Source: Chiloscyllium plagiosum (taxonomy: Eukaryota). Taken from it: a stretch of DNA of 20,000 nt. This document shows, one piece after another, positions 19,346-20,000 of this stretch (within the stretch, counting starts at the first letter, position 1; each line of letters opens with the position of its first letter). Below the pieces are notes generated by a model that saw only the letters and a program-made list of their open reading frames with translations, was not told the origin of the DNA and did not search any database. The translations under genes and the position numbers were made by a program. The stretch lies in NCBI RefSeq assembly GCF_004010195.1, contig NC_057718.1, forward strand, positions 10,190,988-10,210,987. Direction: 5' to 3'.

Positions 19346-20000
19346 AGGTTTGTAGCTCAGGTTGAGGTTTAGGGTGTAGGTTTGCTCGCTGAGCTGTAGG
19401 TTTGATATCCAGACATTTCATTACCTGGCTCGGTAACATCATCAGTGACGACCTCCAAGTGAAGTGAAGCTGTTGTCTCCTGCTTTCTACTCATATGTTT
19501 GTCCTGGATAGAGTTCCTGGGGTTTGTGGTAATGTAATTTCCTGTTCGTTTTCTGAGAGGTTGATAGATGGTATCGAGATCTATGTGTTTGTTTATGGCA
19601 TTGTGGTTGGAGTGCCAGGCCTCGGAGTGCCAGGCCTCTAGGAATTCTCTGGCATGTCTTTGCTTACCCTGTCCCAGGATAGATGTGTAGTCCCAGTCGA
19701 ACTGGTGGTTTTTTTCATCCGTGTGTAGGGCTACGAGGGAGAGAGGGTCGTGTCTTTTTGTGGCTAGCTGGTGTTCGTGTATCCTGGTGGCTAACTTTCT
19801 TCCTGTTTGTCCTACGTAGTGTTTGTGGCAGTCCTTGCATGGAATTTTGTAGATGACGTTGGTTTTGTCCATGGGATATACTGGGTCTTTAAGTTTGTTA
19901 GTTTTTGTTTGAGACGGTTGGTGGGTTTGTGTGCTACTAGGATTCCGAGGGGGCTTAGTAGTCTGGCTGTCATTTCTGAAACTTCTTTGATATATGGTAA
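19345..20000 (-). mobile_element. Penelope-like retroelement 3' part: linker, GIY-YIG endonuclease and 3' terminal region
   Basis: LPYIKEVSEMTARLLSPLGILVAHKP linker; NVIYKIPCKDCHKHYVGQTGRKLATRIHEH...REFLEAWH...AIN endonuclease; frameshift near 19890. Confidence 0.92.
19408..19449 (-). ncRNA. Minimal hammerhead ribozyme-like motif in the Penelope 3' region
   Basis: Minus strand UCA / CUGAUGA-U / GUUACC-GAGCCA-GGUAAU / GAAA-UG-UC / UGG. Confidence 0.62.

Noticed and set aside
17774..20000. Upstream ARFGEF3 exon (LPLQLALESKN-like)
   Set aside because: Not found by eye; the region is almost all repeats, so it probably lies beyond the window.

Overview
Eukaryotic genomic DNA from a cartilaginous fish (shark-type V-SINE/HE1, DeuSINE, CR1, L2, Rex-Babar and Penelope repeats); the taxon is inferred from repeat families only. 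The minus strand carries eight consecutive internal coding exons of ARFGEF3 (BIG3/KIAA1244): 17642-17773, 16608-16676, 11641-11763, 8547-8589, 6537-6621, 4366-4470, 2153-2477 and 632-744. All have GT-AG sites and their phases chain into one open frame (KLLADERL...SHLDLHK). The introns are packed with nested retroelements. The most interesting signal is a family of short (about 140-300 bp) non-coding fold-back insertions with 13-15 bp target-site duplications. They carry a minimal type I hammerhead-ribozyme-like core (CUGANGA-N-helix II-GAAA-CGUH) with covarying helix II. A related hammerhead motif sits just after the GIY-YIG endonuclease domain of a Penelope-like element at the window end. Most six-frame ORFs are spurious or TE-derived. 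Repeat boundaries are read by eye and approximate; family names and the human comparison come from recall, not searches.
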